Source: Macrostomum lignano
Taxonomy: Eukaryota
Assembly (NCBI GenBank): GCA_002269645.1
Contig: NIVC01001837.1
Location: 1-64,000 of the forward strand
DNA: 64,000 nucleotides
Direction: 5' to 3'
The notes beneath the pieces are model-generated. The model did no database searches, was not told the DNA's origin, and saw only the letters and a program-made list of their open reading frames with translations. Shown here one piece after another: positions 11,333-22,671 of this stretch (the first letter of the stretch is position 1; each line of letters begins with the position of its first letter). Both the position numbers and the translations under genes were made by a program.

Positions 11333-14300
11333 TTAGACAGCTTTGCAGTGATCGGCCGGCCAGTCGTACGGCTCGGGCACAATGTCTGGGTAATCTGTCC
11401 GGTACACTCGGTCGCTGATGTAGGCCGGCAGGTCAGGAGGAGCCTGGCCAATACCGGCTAGTCCGTGGCGCAGGGCGTGCTCAGCTACTTTGACGGCGAT
11501 CTCCAGACTGACTGCCTGAATGTCAGCCAGAGGCGGGTACAGGCGGCCCTCGGCCAGGTGCTGGTCGGTGACCAGGCCGGCTAGGGTCTGCGCGGCGCGG
11601 AGGAACACCTTGTCCGTGATTGGCCGGATTCCGCAGGCCACGATGGCCAGGGCTACGCCAGGAAAGATGTAGGCATTGTTGCCCTGGCCCGGGTAGAGCA
11701 CAGTGCCATTGTCCAGCTTCACTGGGCCGAATGGCGAGCCTGCGGCGGGTGCGGCGCTTTGGCTGATTAGCATTTTGACACATAAATATGAAGGGTGGAA
11801 GCCGAGGGGCTGGAGAGGCTGGCAGCTGAGGCACTGGGAGAGGAGAGGCTGGCAGCTGAGGCACTGGGAGAGGAGAGGCTGGCAGCTGAGGCACTGGGAG
11901 AGTAGGGGCTGGCAGTTGAGGCACTGGGAGAGGAGGTTAATCAGAATAAAAGTGCAGAGCGTCAGGCACAGACCGGAGGCGAAGATGGCACGGCCGCCGG
12001 TGTGCTTGTAGGCCTCTTCGGCGGTGCACTCGGCCTGGGAGGTCGGGTTGCTCAACGCGAACACGATGGGGCGATCGTTGAGCTGCCCCATCTCCTGCAG
12101 CAGCTCGGGTGTGAAGGTGCCAGGCACTGCCGCGGCGCCAATGATGCCAGTGGGCTTGACAAGGCGCACGCACTCCAGCAGGCTCGGCGTGTCCGGCAGG
12201 TCCTTGGCGAACTCCTGCTTGTGGCCGGACAGCCCCGACCGCGTCTTGGTGATCAGACCCTGCCAGGGTTGTCGGGCTGACTCAGTCACTGCTCTAACTC
12301 GTAGTAACACTTCTCTACCTGGGAGTGACACTTCTCTACCTGGGAGTGACACTTCTCTACCTAGCAGTGACACTTCTCTACCTGGGAGTGACACTTCTCT
12401 ACCTGGGAGTGACACTTTTCTACCTGGCAGTGACACTTTTCTACCTGGGAGTGACACTTCTCTACCTGGCAGTGACACTTTTCTACCTGGGAGTGACACT
12501 TTTCTACCTGGGAGTGACACTTCTCTACCTGGCAGTGACACTTCTCTACCTGGGAGTGACACTTCTCTCACTGAGAGTGACACTTTTCTAACTGGGAGTG
12601 ACACTTCTCTAACTGAGAGTGACACCTCTCTAACTGGGAGTGACTCTTCTCTAACTGGGAGTGACTCTTCTCTAACTGGGAGTGACACTTCTCTAATTCG
12701 AAAGGACTTTTCTAATTCGTAGTCACACGTCTCTAAGTCGGAGTGAAACTACTCTAATTCGGAGTGACGCCTCTAATTCGGAGTCCAATTCCGAAGATCG
12801 GAGTGAGTGACACAAAAATTCAAGGTCAGCGACAATTTTCCAAAGAATACCCAGACTATACAAAACAACAGCAACATCAAAACAAAGTATGCTCACCTTG
12901 CTATCCACCATAAAAATCTTCTTAAGTCCCTCCTCCCTCTGCATGCCCTCCTCCTGCATTGCCTCCAGAATGAGCTTGGCGATGCCAATGTTGGCCTCCC
13001 CGGCGCCCTGGAACAGGAACACGTTGTCCGAAACGCGCTTCTTGGTCAATCGGACAGCGGCCAGCAGGCCGGCCACGGCCACCGAAGCCGTGCCTGCGGA
13101 TTTCGGAAGGGTGGCAACAGGTGCTGAGCTGCATTCTACCGTCTCTCCCTGCATTCCATGGTCTCCATCTGTATTCTATCGTCTCTCCCTGCATTCTATC
13201 GTCTCTCCCTGCATTCCATCGTCTCCATCTGTATTCTACCGTCTCTCCCTGCATTCTACCGTCTCTCCCTGCATTCTACCGTCTCTCCCTGCATTCTACC
13301 GTCTCTCCCTGCATTCCATCGTCTCCATCTGTATTCTACCGTCTCTCCCTGCATTCCATCGTCTCCATCTGTATTCTACCGTCTCTCCCTGCATTCTACC
13401 GTCTCTCCCTGCATTCTACCGTCTTTCCCTGCATTCTACCGCCTCTCCCTGCATTCTACCGTCTCTCCCTGCATTCTACCGTCTCTCCCTGCATTCTACC
13501 GTCTTTCCCTGCATTCTACCGTCTCTCCCTGCATTCTACCGTCTCTCCCTGCATTCTACCGTCTCTCCCTGCATTCTACCGTCTTTCCCTGCATTCTACC
13601 GTCTCTCCCTGCATTCCATCGTCTCCCTCTGTATTCTATCGTCTCTCCCTGCATTCTACCGTCTCTCCCTGCATTCTACCGTCTTTCCCTGCATTCTACC
13701 GTCTCTCCCTGCATCCCATCGTCTCCCTCTGTATTCTATCGTCTCTCCCTGCATTCTACCGTCTCTCCCTGCATTCTACCGTCTCTCCCTGCATTCTACC
13801 GTCTCTCCCTGCATTCTACCGTCTCTACCTGCATTCCATCGTCTCCCTCAGTATTCTATCGTCTCTCCCTGCATTCTACCGTCTCTCCCTGCATTCTACC
13901 GTCTCTCCCTGCATTCTACCGTCTCTCCCTGCATTCTACCGTCTCTCCCTGCATTCTACCGTCTCTCCCTGCATTCTACCGTCTTTCACTGCATTCTACC
14001 GTCTCTCACTGCATTCCATCGTCTCCCTCAGTATTCTATCGTCTCTCCCTGCATTCTACCGTCTCTCCCTGCATTCCATCGTCTCCCTCAGTATTCTATC
14101 GTCTTCCTCTGCATTCTACCGTCTCTCCCTGCATTCCATCGTCTCCCTCAGTATTCTATCGTCTCTCCCTGCATTCTACCGCCTCTCCCTGCATTCCATC
14201 GTCTCCCTCTGTATTCTATCGTCTTCCTCTGCATTCTACCGTCTCTACCTGCATTCCATCGTCTCCCTCAGTATTCTATCGTCTCTCCCTGCATTCTACC

Positions 14301-17300
14301 GTCTCTCCCTGCATTCTACCGTCTCTCCCTGCATTCTACCGTCTCTCCCTGCATTCCATCGTCTCCCTCTGTATTCTATCGTCTTCCTCTGCATTCTACC
14401 GTCTCTACCTGCATTCCATCGTCTCCCTCTGTATTCTATCGTCTCTCCCTGCATTCTACCGTATCTACCTGCATTCCATCGTCTCCCTCAGTATTATATC
14501 GTCTCTCCCTGCATTCTACCGTCTCTCCCTGCATTCTACCGTCTCTCCCTGCATTCCATCGTCTCCCTCTGTATTCTATCGTCTTCCTCTGCATTCTACC
14601 GTCTCTCACTGCATTCTACCGTCTCTCACTGCATTCTACCGTCTCTCACTGCATTCTACCGTCTCTCACTGCATTCTACCGTCTCTACCTGCATTCCATC
14701 GTCTCCCTCTGTATTCTATCGTCTCTCCCTGCATTCTACCGTATCTACCTGCATTCCATCGTCTCCCTCAGTATTATATCGTCTCTCCCTGCATTCTACC
14801 GTCTCTCCCTGCATTCTACCGTCTCTCCCTGCATTCCATCGTCTCCCTCTGTATTCTATCGTCTTCCTCTGCATTCTACCGTCTCTCACTGCATTCTACC
14901 GTCTCTCACTGCATTCTACCGTCTCTCACTGCATTCTACCGTCTCTCCCTGCATTCTACCGTCTTTCCCTGCATTCTACCGTCTCTCCCTGCATTCCATC
15001 GTCTCCCTCTGTATTCTATCGTCTCTCCCTGCATTCTACCGTCTCTCCCTGCATTCTACCGTCTTTCCCTGCATTCTACCGTCTCTCCCTGCATTCCATC
15101 GTCTCCCTCTGTATTCTATCGTCTCTCCCTGCATTCTACCGTCTCTCCCTGCATTCTACCGTCTCTCCCTGCATTCTACCGTCTCTCCCTGCATTCTACC
15201 GTCTCTACCTGCATTCCATCGTCTCCCTCAGTATTCTATCGTCTCTCCCTGCATTCTACCGTCTCTCCCTGCATTCTACCGTCTCTACCTGCATTCCATC
15301 GTCTCCCTCAGTATTCTATCGTCTCTCCCTGCATTCTACCGTCTCTCCCTGCATTCTACCGTCTCTCCCTGCATTCTACCGTCTCTCCCTGCATTCTACC
15401 GTCTCTCCCTGCATTCTACCGTCTCTCCCTGCATTCTACCGTCTCTCACTGCATTCTACCGTCTCTCACTGCATTCCATCGTCTCCCTCAGTATTCTATC
15501 GTCTCTCCCTGCATTCTACCGTCTCTCCCTGCATTCCATCGTCTCCCTCAGTATTCTATCGTCTTCCTCTGCATTCTACCGTCTCTCCCTGCATTCCATC
15601 GTCTCCCTCAGTATTCTATCGTCTCTCCCTGCATTCTACCGCCTCTCCCTGCATTCCATCGTCTCCCTCTGTATTCTATCGTCTTCCTCTGCATTCTACC
15701 GTCTCTACCTGCATTCCATCGTCTCCCTCAGTATTCTATCGTCTCTCCCTGCATTCTACCGTCTCTCCCTGCATTCTACCGTCTCTCCCTGCATTCTACC
15801 GTCTCTCCCTGCATTCCATCGTCTCCCTCTGTATTCTATCGTCTTCCTCTGCATTCTACCGTCTCTACCTGCATTCCATCGTCTCCCTCTGTATTCTATC
15901 GTCTCTCCCTGCATTCTACCGTATCTACCTGCATTCCATCGTCTCCCTCAGTATTATATCGTCTCTCCCTGCATTCTACCGTCTCTCCCTGCATTCTACC
16001 GTCTCTCCCTGCATTCCATCGTCTCCCTCTGTATTCTATCGTCTTCCTCTGCATTCTACCGTCTCTCACTGCATTCTACCGTCTCTCACTGCATTCTACC
16101 GTCTCTCACTGCATTCTACCGTCTCTCCCTGCATTCTACCGTCTCTCCCTGCATTCTACCGTCTCTCACTGCATTCTATCGTCTCTCACTGCATTCTACC
16201 GTCTCTCACTGCATTCTATCGTCTCTCACTGCATTCTACCGTCTCTCACTGCATTCTACCGTCTCTCACTGCATTCTATCGTCTCTCCCTGCATTCTACT
16301 GCGTCTCACCCTTAACACTATCGTCTTGCCAACAGTTTTATCTACTCACTCAGCCTTTATTCGATTGTAGCACCCTTTATTCTACCATACATCCTTCGTT
16401 CATTCTATCTCTTATTCTAGCTTTCATTCTAGCCATCATTCTACCCCCTCATCCTAGCCCCTTGAATCGCCCGAGCACTGAATCCTGGATCCCAGCCGTC
16501 AGCGGACCAGCCATGCCCTCACCCTGGATGTCATCGTTGAACACGCAATAGTCGTAGCGGTACTTCTCCAAGAATCTGAACGCATTGGCGTTGCCGAAAT
16601 CCTCGAACTGCACGAGGCAGCTGCGGCCGTAGGTCCTCACCACGGCTTGCATGAAGGCGTCAATGAATTCATCGTACTCGGCGCCGCGGACCCTCGGCAT
16701 GCGCAGGCCGCTGTACATGGAGTCGCTGACCAGCTCTTTGCGGTTGCAGCCAACGTCCAGCGCGATGGGCAGGCAGTTGCTGGGGTTGACGCCGGCCAGG
16801 GCCGTATACAGGCTGAGCTTGCCAACCGGGATGCCCATGCCGTTCGTGCCCAGATCGCCCAGGCCAAGGATTCGCTCGCCGTCTGTCACCACGATGGCGC
16901 GGATGTCGTTCTCCGGCCAGTTGCGCAGAATTTTATCGATGTTGTCCTTGTCGAATATGGTGATGTACAGCCCGCTGCGGGTTGCGGTGCATTGGGGCCT
17001 CAAGGCCGATAGGAAATACCCTCTCATCTGGAAATACCTTCCTATATAGGAGATAGTAGATACCCTCCGTTATGGGAACTACCCCCCGGTGTGGGAAATA
17101 CCCTTCGATTTGAGAAATATCTTCCGGTATGAAAAATTCCCTTCGATCTGGGAACTGCCCTCCGTTCTGAAAAATACCCTCCGGTATGGGAAATACCCTC
17201 CGACATGGGAAATACCCTTTGATTAGGTAAATACCCTTTGATTAGGTAAATACCCTTCGATATGAAAAATACCCTCTGACGTGGGAAATACCCTCCGATG

Positions 17301-17803
17301 GATTAGAGAAACGAATAGGAGAGACACAGAGTCACAGTGAAAGCAACAGATTCAGACAAATATCCTAGTAGCTCAACTAACCGCGGCCGGCGAAAGATGT
17401 GGCCGAACTTCTGGCAGGCGAGGCCAACGGTGGGCGTGTAAATGAGCGGCATGGCCTCTTCAACGCTCTCGGACAGGTAACGATAGAACAGCCGCTCGTT
17501 CCTGTCCTGCAGAGACATCAAGTAGATGTACTTATTCAGCGGATCCTCGTAGCGCTGCAGGTTGTAGCGAATGCGCTCCAGCTGGCTCTCCTGGGTCTTC
17601 ACTGAGGGCGGCAGCAGGCCGTGGATGTTGAGCACCTGGCGCTCGCGCAGAGTGAAGGCCTGGCCGCGGTTGGTGCGCGGGTCTCGCAGCACGTCGATGC
17701 CGCGGGCCCGCCTGGCCAGGCTGGCGAACGGGTCGTGGGTGGCGGATTTTCGGCCGGGGCCGCTGAGTGCGCGCCGGCTCAGGTGGCTGACAATGGACTG
17801 CAT
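11333..17803 (-). CDS. ME1: NADP-dependent malic enzyme (ME1/ME3-like), 5 coding exons, 587 aa
   Basis: Exons 17382-17803, 16523-16974, 12897-13093, 11974-12259, 11333-11739; all GT-AG and phase-compatible (1764 nt). Motifs [47 protein letters not shown] (NADP-type), [19 protein letters not shown]. Basic/Ser-rich N-terminus may be a mitochondrial presequence, so ME1 versus ME3 orthology is not resolved. Confidence 0.95.
11810..11935. repeat. 30-bp repeat x4 in malic enzyme intron 4
   Basis: GAGAGGCTGGCAGCTGAGGCACTGGGAGAG-like units. Confidence 0.9.
12305..12810. repeat. 21-bp minisatellite in malic enzyme intron 3
   Basis: GACACTTCTCTACCTGGGAGT units grading into CTCTAATTCGGAGTGA-like variants. 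Confidence 0.93.
13130..16300. repeat. 3.2-kb 20-bp minisatellite in malic enzyme intron 2
   Basis: About 158 in-phase units of GCATTCTACCGTCTCTCCCT and variants; explains the >1000-aa + strand ORFs. Confidence 0.98.
17005..17305. repeat. Degenerate ~21-bp repeat in malic enzyme intron 1
   Basis: Recurrent GGAAATACCCT(C/T)CG motif. Confidence 0.8.
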
Positions 17804-18302
17804 TACTGCACTGCTGCTGCTGCGGGCTGCAGGCGATTCTAGGCAGGTAAGCCAGGCGAGCTGTCTATATTTGAAAAGTACATTTACAAATGGTACCTTA
17901 CTATAGTATTGGCAATAATATTTGCATGAAGGCTGCGGGTCAGCGCCAATATTGTACGCAGGCACACACTCCTACACACGCTCACGCAAGATGTACAGTG
18001 GCCCGAACTTTCTAATACAAGGCTTCTAATAATAAGGCTTCTAATTTCTAATAAAGGCAAGGTTAAGATCCCAATACCTAATCTTAATCTTATCCTAAGA
18101 TCTTAGATATAATTGGCTACAACTCTCTATTTTGGCCAAGAGTCAAACTGTGCTAGATACTAGATAGTTTTCAAGATTTAAAAGCATACTAGACACTAAA
18201 ATAGCCTAACTGATAAGTATATGGTATACACTTATCAGCCTATAGTTAGGCCTATGCCAAGCATTTTTTCTATGCCAAAGATTGCTACCTATTGAAACAA
18301 TG

Positions 18303-18683
18303 CAGTGGCGGCGCAGTATCTCTAGTTGGGGGGGGGGGGGGCAGTAGTTAGGTGGTCACCCCCTTCCCCTACCAATCATAATTAAACAAAAAAACATTTG
18401 GATTTGTTTTTCAAACACAAATTTTCTAATAATTATGAAGAAAATTTAGTAAAAATTATGAACAATACTTCTGACAAAATGAATGTGCAACACAAAAATT
18501 CTTATAAAAATGCATTTTTAATCATTGATGCAAGTTACATAGAAGGGGGTGACCATCTGCCCTCCCTTCCTAGGGTGTTTTCGAGGGCTGTGGAGATGGT
18601 GAGGTGGTCACCCCTCTTGAGGCAGTGACCTGTGGTTACCCAGGGGCAGCTGCCCCCCTTGTCCCCCCCCTGTGCTACCACTG
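18303..18683. mobile_element. hAT-type MITE (381 bp) with 8-bp target-site duplication
   Basis: Ends CAGTGGCGGCGCAG ... CTGTGCTACCACTG (imperfect TIR); identical AAACAATG at 18295-18302 and 18684-18691; no ORF. Confidence 0.85.
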
Positions 18684-20674
18684 AAACAATGCTTGGTTAC
18701 AGTAAAATAGGCTTAGGATCACTAATAAATAGACAATTATTAAAAATAGCATTATAAATTTTTCTAGAAAATAATTAAAAGATATTAGCATATAATAGTA
18801 ATAATTAGCTCTTATTTAGAAATTAAAACTTAAAAAATTGAATTCCTTGTTCAATTCTAAGCAAATGAATGATATTATAATAGCCTCTAAGCTTGCAAAC
18901 ACCAATTGATAAATAGGGATATCAGGATGTTGATAAAAATATTTATTTACACTTGAATTTTCATGGGGGTCTAGGCCTAGTTGTTAAGTGGGAATTTGTA
19001 TTTATTTATTATACTAAGAAAAGCAATAGTCAAGCCAGTATTTTGGAGGGGATAGTGCGCCAGTGTTTGACAGTATGCTGTGTACATTCAAATAGACTAA
19101 AAATCTAGAAGAGAGCAAATAGTGGCTATCATGTGAATAATAGACGAATAGTGTGATAGGCCACCCTCCCCTGGCTGCGCTACTTGTACTAAGCGTTTTC
19201 AATCAGTAGGACAGTATAGAAAAGTAAGTGAAACATTGCTGTCAGTTGAAAATTAACTAATGAATTTAGTTGCATACAAAAAAGCTGCTGGGTGAGAGCT
19301 GGCTATGAAAGAAGAAAAGTACGAGCACTTAGGGAGACTAGAAAGAAATTTGTGGAGGTCGGAGGATTTAGCTAGATCCAACAATTGCAAAGACGGTGAA
19401 AATGCTTTTGGCCCCAGCTAAGGGGGCGATACCCCCCCCTTGGTCCTGCCTCTATTCGCCAATGCACTGATTAAACATGTTGAACATGTAAGGAAAGGTC
19501 GATGTTACGAGCTAGTTTTTATTGCTAAAGCAGACTTTCTTGCAAAATACGAAAGTTAAAAACTTCATCGTATAACGTTTGTTTTAGTTAAACAAATACA
19601 ATTGTATAAAAGTTGAACAGAAAAAAATAATCTTTTCTTTATCTAAATTTTTTAAAAATTAACTCAAGAAGCATATATTTTTTTATATGATTTACAATAT
19701 AAAGATAAATCATTAGCTTGACACGAAAACCCAAATTTGAAGTTTTTAATTTCTTCGAAAGGTTATCTTTCAGATTAACTTGATACATTGCTCATCGATC
19801 ATGGTGGCTGCATGTCAAAGTGGTAATGTCAAAATGATTACAAATATTTCATGGACGTCTTGAATAAAATAAGGAGCCTCGTCTAATTTATCCTGCTTCT
19901 GAATACTAATAAATGTGTATATTGATATAATGATATATTAATATATATTATATATTATCAATGTTAATGCTATGAAGCTGAGGTCAAGCTGACCTCAGCT
20001 GAGGTATCAGCTGAGGTCAAGAATATGCCTGGTCTCTCAAACAGAAAAGCATCCCTCAAACAGTGCCTGGCCCCACCTCAAATTCACTAGCTAATTTTAC
20101 TTCAATTTTACTTTGGGCTGCCAGTATTACAGCAGTTGTTAAGCAGTAGCAAACCTAGAAATATTTTTTTAATATTGCAATTGCAACTAACAAACTAGAT
20201 AATTATCATTATTCATGATGTTTATAACCTCATGATGTGATTTAAGAATTAATAAATACTAAGGGTTTCCTATATTAAGGCATTTCAAACAATGCTATTC
20301 TAATAGCTATACAGAAAAAAAACTATAAATCTCTTTAGAAAAAACTTTTTTATTTTGTGCCCTAAATAATTGACTCATAGTTGTGTCAATGAGAATCTTA
20401 ACTGGCATAAACATTTAATCTTTTAGTTCAAAAAGGCCTAACATTTCCATACATTTACTAGAATTTATTTAATCATATAGCTCTAAACAGAAAGTTTTTT
20501 TGTGTTGCTAACATACTAATTAATAAAATTTTCTTAACCTTAACTCCTTCATTTGCCTAAGCTGATAGAGACAAAAATGTAGAGACATTATAGAGACATG
20601 GCATAAATTTTATCCTTGCAGCTTGCATCTTACATTCAATAAAGTTTTTTAAAATAATTAAGTTTATTTGCTGC

Positions 20675-21319
20675 ATGCGTGCGGCAAAGCTCATTCTAGT
20701 GGCCATAGTGCCAATCGCTCTGTGCCTGCAGCTGCAGCGAGTGCTCCTGTCTGCTCAGCCTGCCATTAATGAGGCGCTGCTTCACACCGTGGCCAGGAAG
20801 CACGCGGTGCAGCTGCTCAGCATCGAGCGGGCCTACAAAGCTGTGGTGACCGATCTTGAGGCCACTTTCCCAGCTGTAAGATTCCTGCATCCGGAGCGGC
20901 GAGAATGGATCTTCATCAACGCTGGAGGCTGGATGGGGGCCGTACACCTGTTGTACGCCTCCTTCACCGAGTACGTGCTGCTGTTTGGCACCGCTGTGGA
21001 CACCAGCGGCCACTCCGGACGCTACTTTGCCAACGTGTCCGACACGCTTCTGTCCGGCAGCTTCGTCCAGTGGAAGGAGGGCAGTTTGGACACGAACAGC
21101 TACAAGGCTGGGGACACCGTGTACCACACTTGGGGCGAGGCCACTGCTGTACAGTGGTCTGGCGGCACCTGGATGGTCGAATATGGCCGCGGCCTGCTGC
21201 CAACCACCCTGCCGTTTGCGCTGGCTGACTCTGTGTTTTCCACTCTCGACTGGTACTCTGCTTATAAGCTTGTGCGGCTGTACTGCTTGGCACTGCTACG
21301 TTGCTATGGGCTGATGTAG
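20675..21319 (+). CDS. SIGMAR1: Sigma-1 receptor / ERG2 family protein (214 aa, intronless)
   Basis: N-terminal hydrophobic helix; WIFINAGGWMG, YASFTEYVLLFGTA, GHSGRY..VSDT, WMVEYGRG (ligand-binding Glu), LPFALADSVFSTLD match the family. Confidence 0.95.
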   Translation: MRAAKLILVAIVPIALCLQLQRVLLSAQPAINEALLHTVARKHAVQLLSIERAYKAVVTDLEATFPAVRFLHPERREWIFINAGGWMGAVHLLYASFTEYVLLFGTAVDTSGHSGRYFANVSDTLLSGSFVQWKEGSLDTNSYKAGDTVYHTWGEATAVQWSGGTWMVEYGRGLLPTTLPFALADSVFSTLDWYSAYKLVRLYCLALLRCYGLM

Positions 21320-21620
21320 CTAATGGCTGATGGGTTGCTATGGGCTGATGTAGCTAATAGCTGATGCGTTGCTATGGGCTGATGTAGCTAATAGCTGATG
21401 CGTTGCTATGGGCTGATGTAGCTAATAGCTGATGCGTTGCTATGGGCTGATGTAACTAATAGCTGATGGGTTGCTATCGGCTGATGTAGCTAATAGCTAA
21501 TGGGTTGCTATGGGCTGATGTAGCCAATAGCTGATGGGTTGCTATGGGCTGATGTAGCTAATAGCTTATGGGTTGCTATGGGCTGATGTAGCCAATAGCT
21601 GATGGGTTGCTATGGGCTAT
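21301..21620. repeat. 34-bp minisatellite overlapping the SIGMAR1 stop codon
   Basis: About 9 units of TTGCTATGGGCTGATGTAGCTAATAGCTGATG(G/C)G. Confidence 0.95.
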
Positions 21621-22120
21621 GTAGCTGCTAGTAATAACAGCGAACAGTAAGTAGACAGTAAGTATGAAACTTATTCTATTGCTTATTCTATAGATAGATT
21701 ATCTGATATGAGCTGCAATAACTCTTACACAAAGTAAATCAATTTGCCAAAATTAGTCAATTTTTCCATAAAAATTCCCAATCATTGATGGTACTGACTG
21801 AACATGATGTAATTCAATATATTTCATTCACATTCGCATTAATCCCGTTTTAGTAGTTATGAAACATATTATACATTTCGGTTGCAGTGCTGGTGAAATG
21901 TTTTGTAGTACATTTGGCTGATTGACTATTTTACAATCTAGCAAGTTCCAATTGTAGCTTGATTTAAAACTCTTACAATATATATTGACACTATGCATTA
22001 TTTCCATTGTTAAAATTGAACATATAACATTGCAGGCTTTGTCAGTTCAATTCAATCTCATTTTGTTTATTGATTAAACTCATTCATGAGCAGTCGCCAT
22101 TGTCAGATTGCTGTGGCAGT

Positions 22121-22571
22121 TTAAAAGTCCCTCTTCTGAGAGTCGTACCACATGTCGTACTTGTCCTTCACCAGGTGGTAGTGATAGTGGCTGATGGGAA
22201 CCGCCTCGCTGAACTCCACCCTGTTGAACTTGTAAATTGGCTGGTTGTCCTGGAATTTGGTTATGACCTCCTGCAGTCTCTGCAGCTTAGCTAATGGACC
22301 CTCTACGCAACTCTTCACATAGTAGTTATAGTAGAGCTCTTCGAACTGAATACAGCCTCTCAGCGCCAGCTCCACGGCGTACTGGTGGAATACTTTGCTG
22401 AAGCACTCCTGCAGCCAGTGCGCCGCGTCAGGCGTGTTGTCCTCAAAGCTGGCGTAGATCCTCATTCGATAGATCTGACAAACGGCTTCGTCCATTGGTG
22501 AGACCGATTTAGCTGGCTGGCTTGAGGTGGCGCTTGGCTTCAGCTTGTATCGAAAATTATCAACTATGCTG
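22121..22571 (-). CDS. Probable terminal coding exon of an unidentified gene
   Basis: ~150 open codons with GC-rich wobble positions in AT-rich surroundings; NAGNAG acceptor (ACAG/CAG at 22572/22569); TAA stop; no recognisable domain; upstream exons not resolved. Confidence 0.55.
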
Positions 22572-22671
22572 CTGTGTCAAGGTATTTTCACGGCCGCTAA
22601 ACTAAATGGGACTGGCAAGGAAATGCTTTTCGCCATGTTTACATAGTCTATGGTCGGGGGAAAGCGAAGTA

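Noticed and set aside
11333-12688. 451-aa ORF as a single-exon malic enzyme
   Set aside because: It includes repeat-derived intronic sequence; GT-AG sites and family alignment define exons 4 and 5 within it.
12889-16551. 1,064-1,220-aa ORFs on the + strand
   Set aside because: Translations of a stop-free 20-bp satellite lying antisense within malic enzyme intron 2; no protein-like complexity.
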